A stretch of 64,000 bases of DNA from Trichinella spiralis. Lineage: Eukaryota. Position 1 is the stretch's first letter. Each line of letters starts with the position of its first letter. A model generated the notes under the pieces. It made no database searches. It saw only the letters and a list, made by a program, of their open reading frames with translations, and was not told the DNA's origin. Of this stretch, positions 62,572-64,000 are shown in pieces. Location: positions 2,823,933-2,887,932 of the forward strand of contig NW_003526941.1 in NCBI RefSeq assembly GCF_000181795.1, in the 5' to 3' direction. The position numbers were made by a program, and so were the translations under genes.

Positions 62572-63012
62572 TAAGATGCAAATTTAAAATTACTTTTTGA
62601 TATATGTATTTATACGTTTTTCTAAATTATGGCCTTTATTTTATTGAATTTCGGTGCTTTTCATATTGTTGAAAACGATCTAGTCGAAAAGGCGGTTTCT
62701 TATATGATGAAATCTCTTTTATTTCCTTTCTCTTTCTCTAATTCGATTTTTACAATATATATGCTTTGAAAATTCGATATTGATAGTTTAATTTGTTTTT
62801 AGTTGTAGAAAATAGTGAAAATTTTATTATTACCACTATTATTATTGCATCCGTTTTACTGGATGTGCAAAAAAATTTTTTAAGTAAACATAGCTTTTTT
62901 GATCAGAAACATGTTTTCAGTGTGTTTGTCGACAGTTTAATTTGCCCACAGTATTTTGGCCTGTTTTTGCTGTGCATTCTTCAATTTTCATTTTAGCGAC
63001 CAAAACAAAGCA

Positions 63013-63953
63013 ATGAAAGTAGACTATCAGAGCTTGGAGTTGAACAAAACTGAATGGAAAGTACCAAACTATTATGAAGATTTGATTCCAGTTGGACACG
63101 GAGCTTATGGATGTGTCTGGTATGTTTTTGGAGAATGTTCGTTAGTTTTTAATTTCGTTGATTAAATCATTCATTGTTCTAAGTTACATTTTCAATGCTG
63201 CTGTCATTATATAATTATAATTGTTCTGCTGTTGTTGTTTCAAATTCCATTGCAGCTCTGCGCGGGATAAACGACGGGGCACGAAAGTGGCAATCAAGAA
63301 GCTGATGCGCCCTTTCCAAAGCGCTACACATGCCAAACGCACATTCCGAGAATTGAAAGTGCTCAAGCACATGAAGCATGAAAACGTGAGAGTTAGCTGG
63401 CTAGTTAGCTGAACTGGCTAGCTTGTCAGCTTGTTATAAATTTGCGCTATAAATATTCACATAAAGTGATGTAAACATGTTTCGCTGTATGCTCTTTTCA
63501 TTAGCAATTATTTTCAGTTATCATCATTTGTGTAGCATTCTTGAATTTACTTCATTATCTTTACTTTACAGTATAATTATTTTTTAATATTTTTTGAACT
63601 GCATTTTTTTCTGTCGATCACTGCATGAAAATGTTACTGAAAAGAAATCAGAATTTTTTAATTTGATTTTTTCTGTATTTTTAAAATATTTATTTGAAAA
63701 TTATTTTCAGGTGATTGATTTGGTTGATTTATTTACCTGTGATGAATCCGCCGAATCTCTCACTGATGTGTAAGGGATGCATTTTGTTGTATTTCGGAAA
63801 CAAACGTGTACAATATTTGCATTTTGATTTTTGTTTTTCAGATATATGGCTTCTTCACTGATGGGCACCGATTTGAGCAATATTTTAAAAATTCAGCAGC
63901 TCACTGAAGATCACGTTCAATTTTTAGTTTATCAAATTTTACGCGGCCTCAAA
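63013..63953 (+). CDS. pmk-1: p38 MAP kinase (pmk-1/MAPK14-like), 3'-truncated by the window edge. Exons 63013-63119, 63256-63385, 63711-63769, 63842-63953
   Basis: [69 protein letters not shown] and [14 protein letters not shown]. The TGY activation loop lies beyond the window. Confidence 0.92.
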
Positions 63954-64000
63954 GTAGAAGAATTATGATAATTTGAATAATTATCATTTTTATTGTAAAT

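Overview
AT-rich, intron-containing eukaryotic genomic DNA with mostly 45-110 nt GT-AG introns and TTTTCAG/TTTAG-type acceptors. The Sra-type receptor, cal-1-like calmodulin and acceptors just upstream of ATGs point to a nematode; a clade I, Trichinella-like origin is my inference only. I hand-spliced 12 protein-coding genes: PUS7 (5'-truncated), MGMT, DPH3 and PDHB (+, tightly packed, operon-like); an Sra-superfamily 7TM receptor and cyclophilin E (-); RPS20 (+); PMCA (+), preceded by ~22 kb of non-coding sequence; an SFT2D3-like gene (+); a cal-1-like calmodulin (-); an unrecognised 2-TM proline-rich protein (+); and a p38 MAPK (+, 3'-truncated). Several structures are invisible in the ORF track. 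The calmodulin-like gene is nested antisense in an 8.9 kb intron of the SFT2 gene, whose last two exons are at 58.6-58.9 kb. PMCA has an 81-nt cassette exon at splice site A, and two alternative last exons that each complete the calmodulin-binding domain and end in different PDZ motifs. I found no tRNA, rRNA, CRISPR array or recognisable transposon. All family assignments come from motif recall, not database searches.
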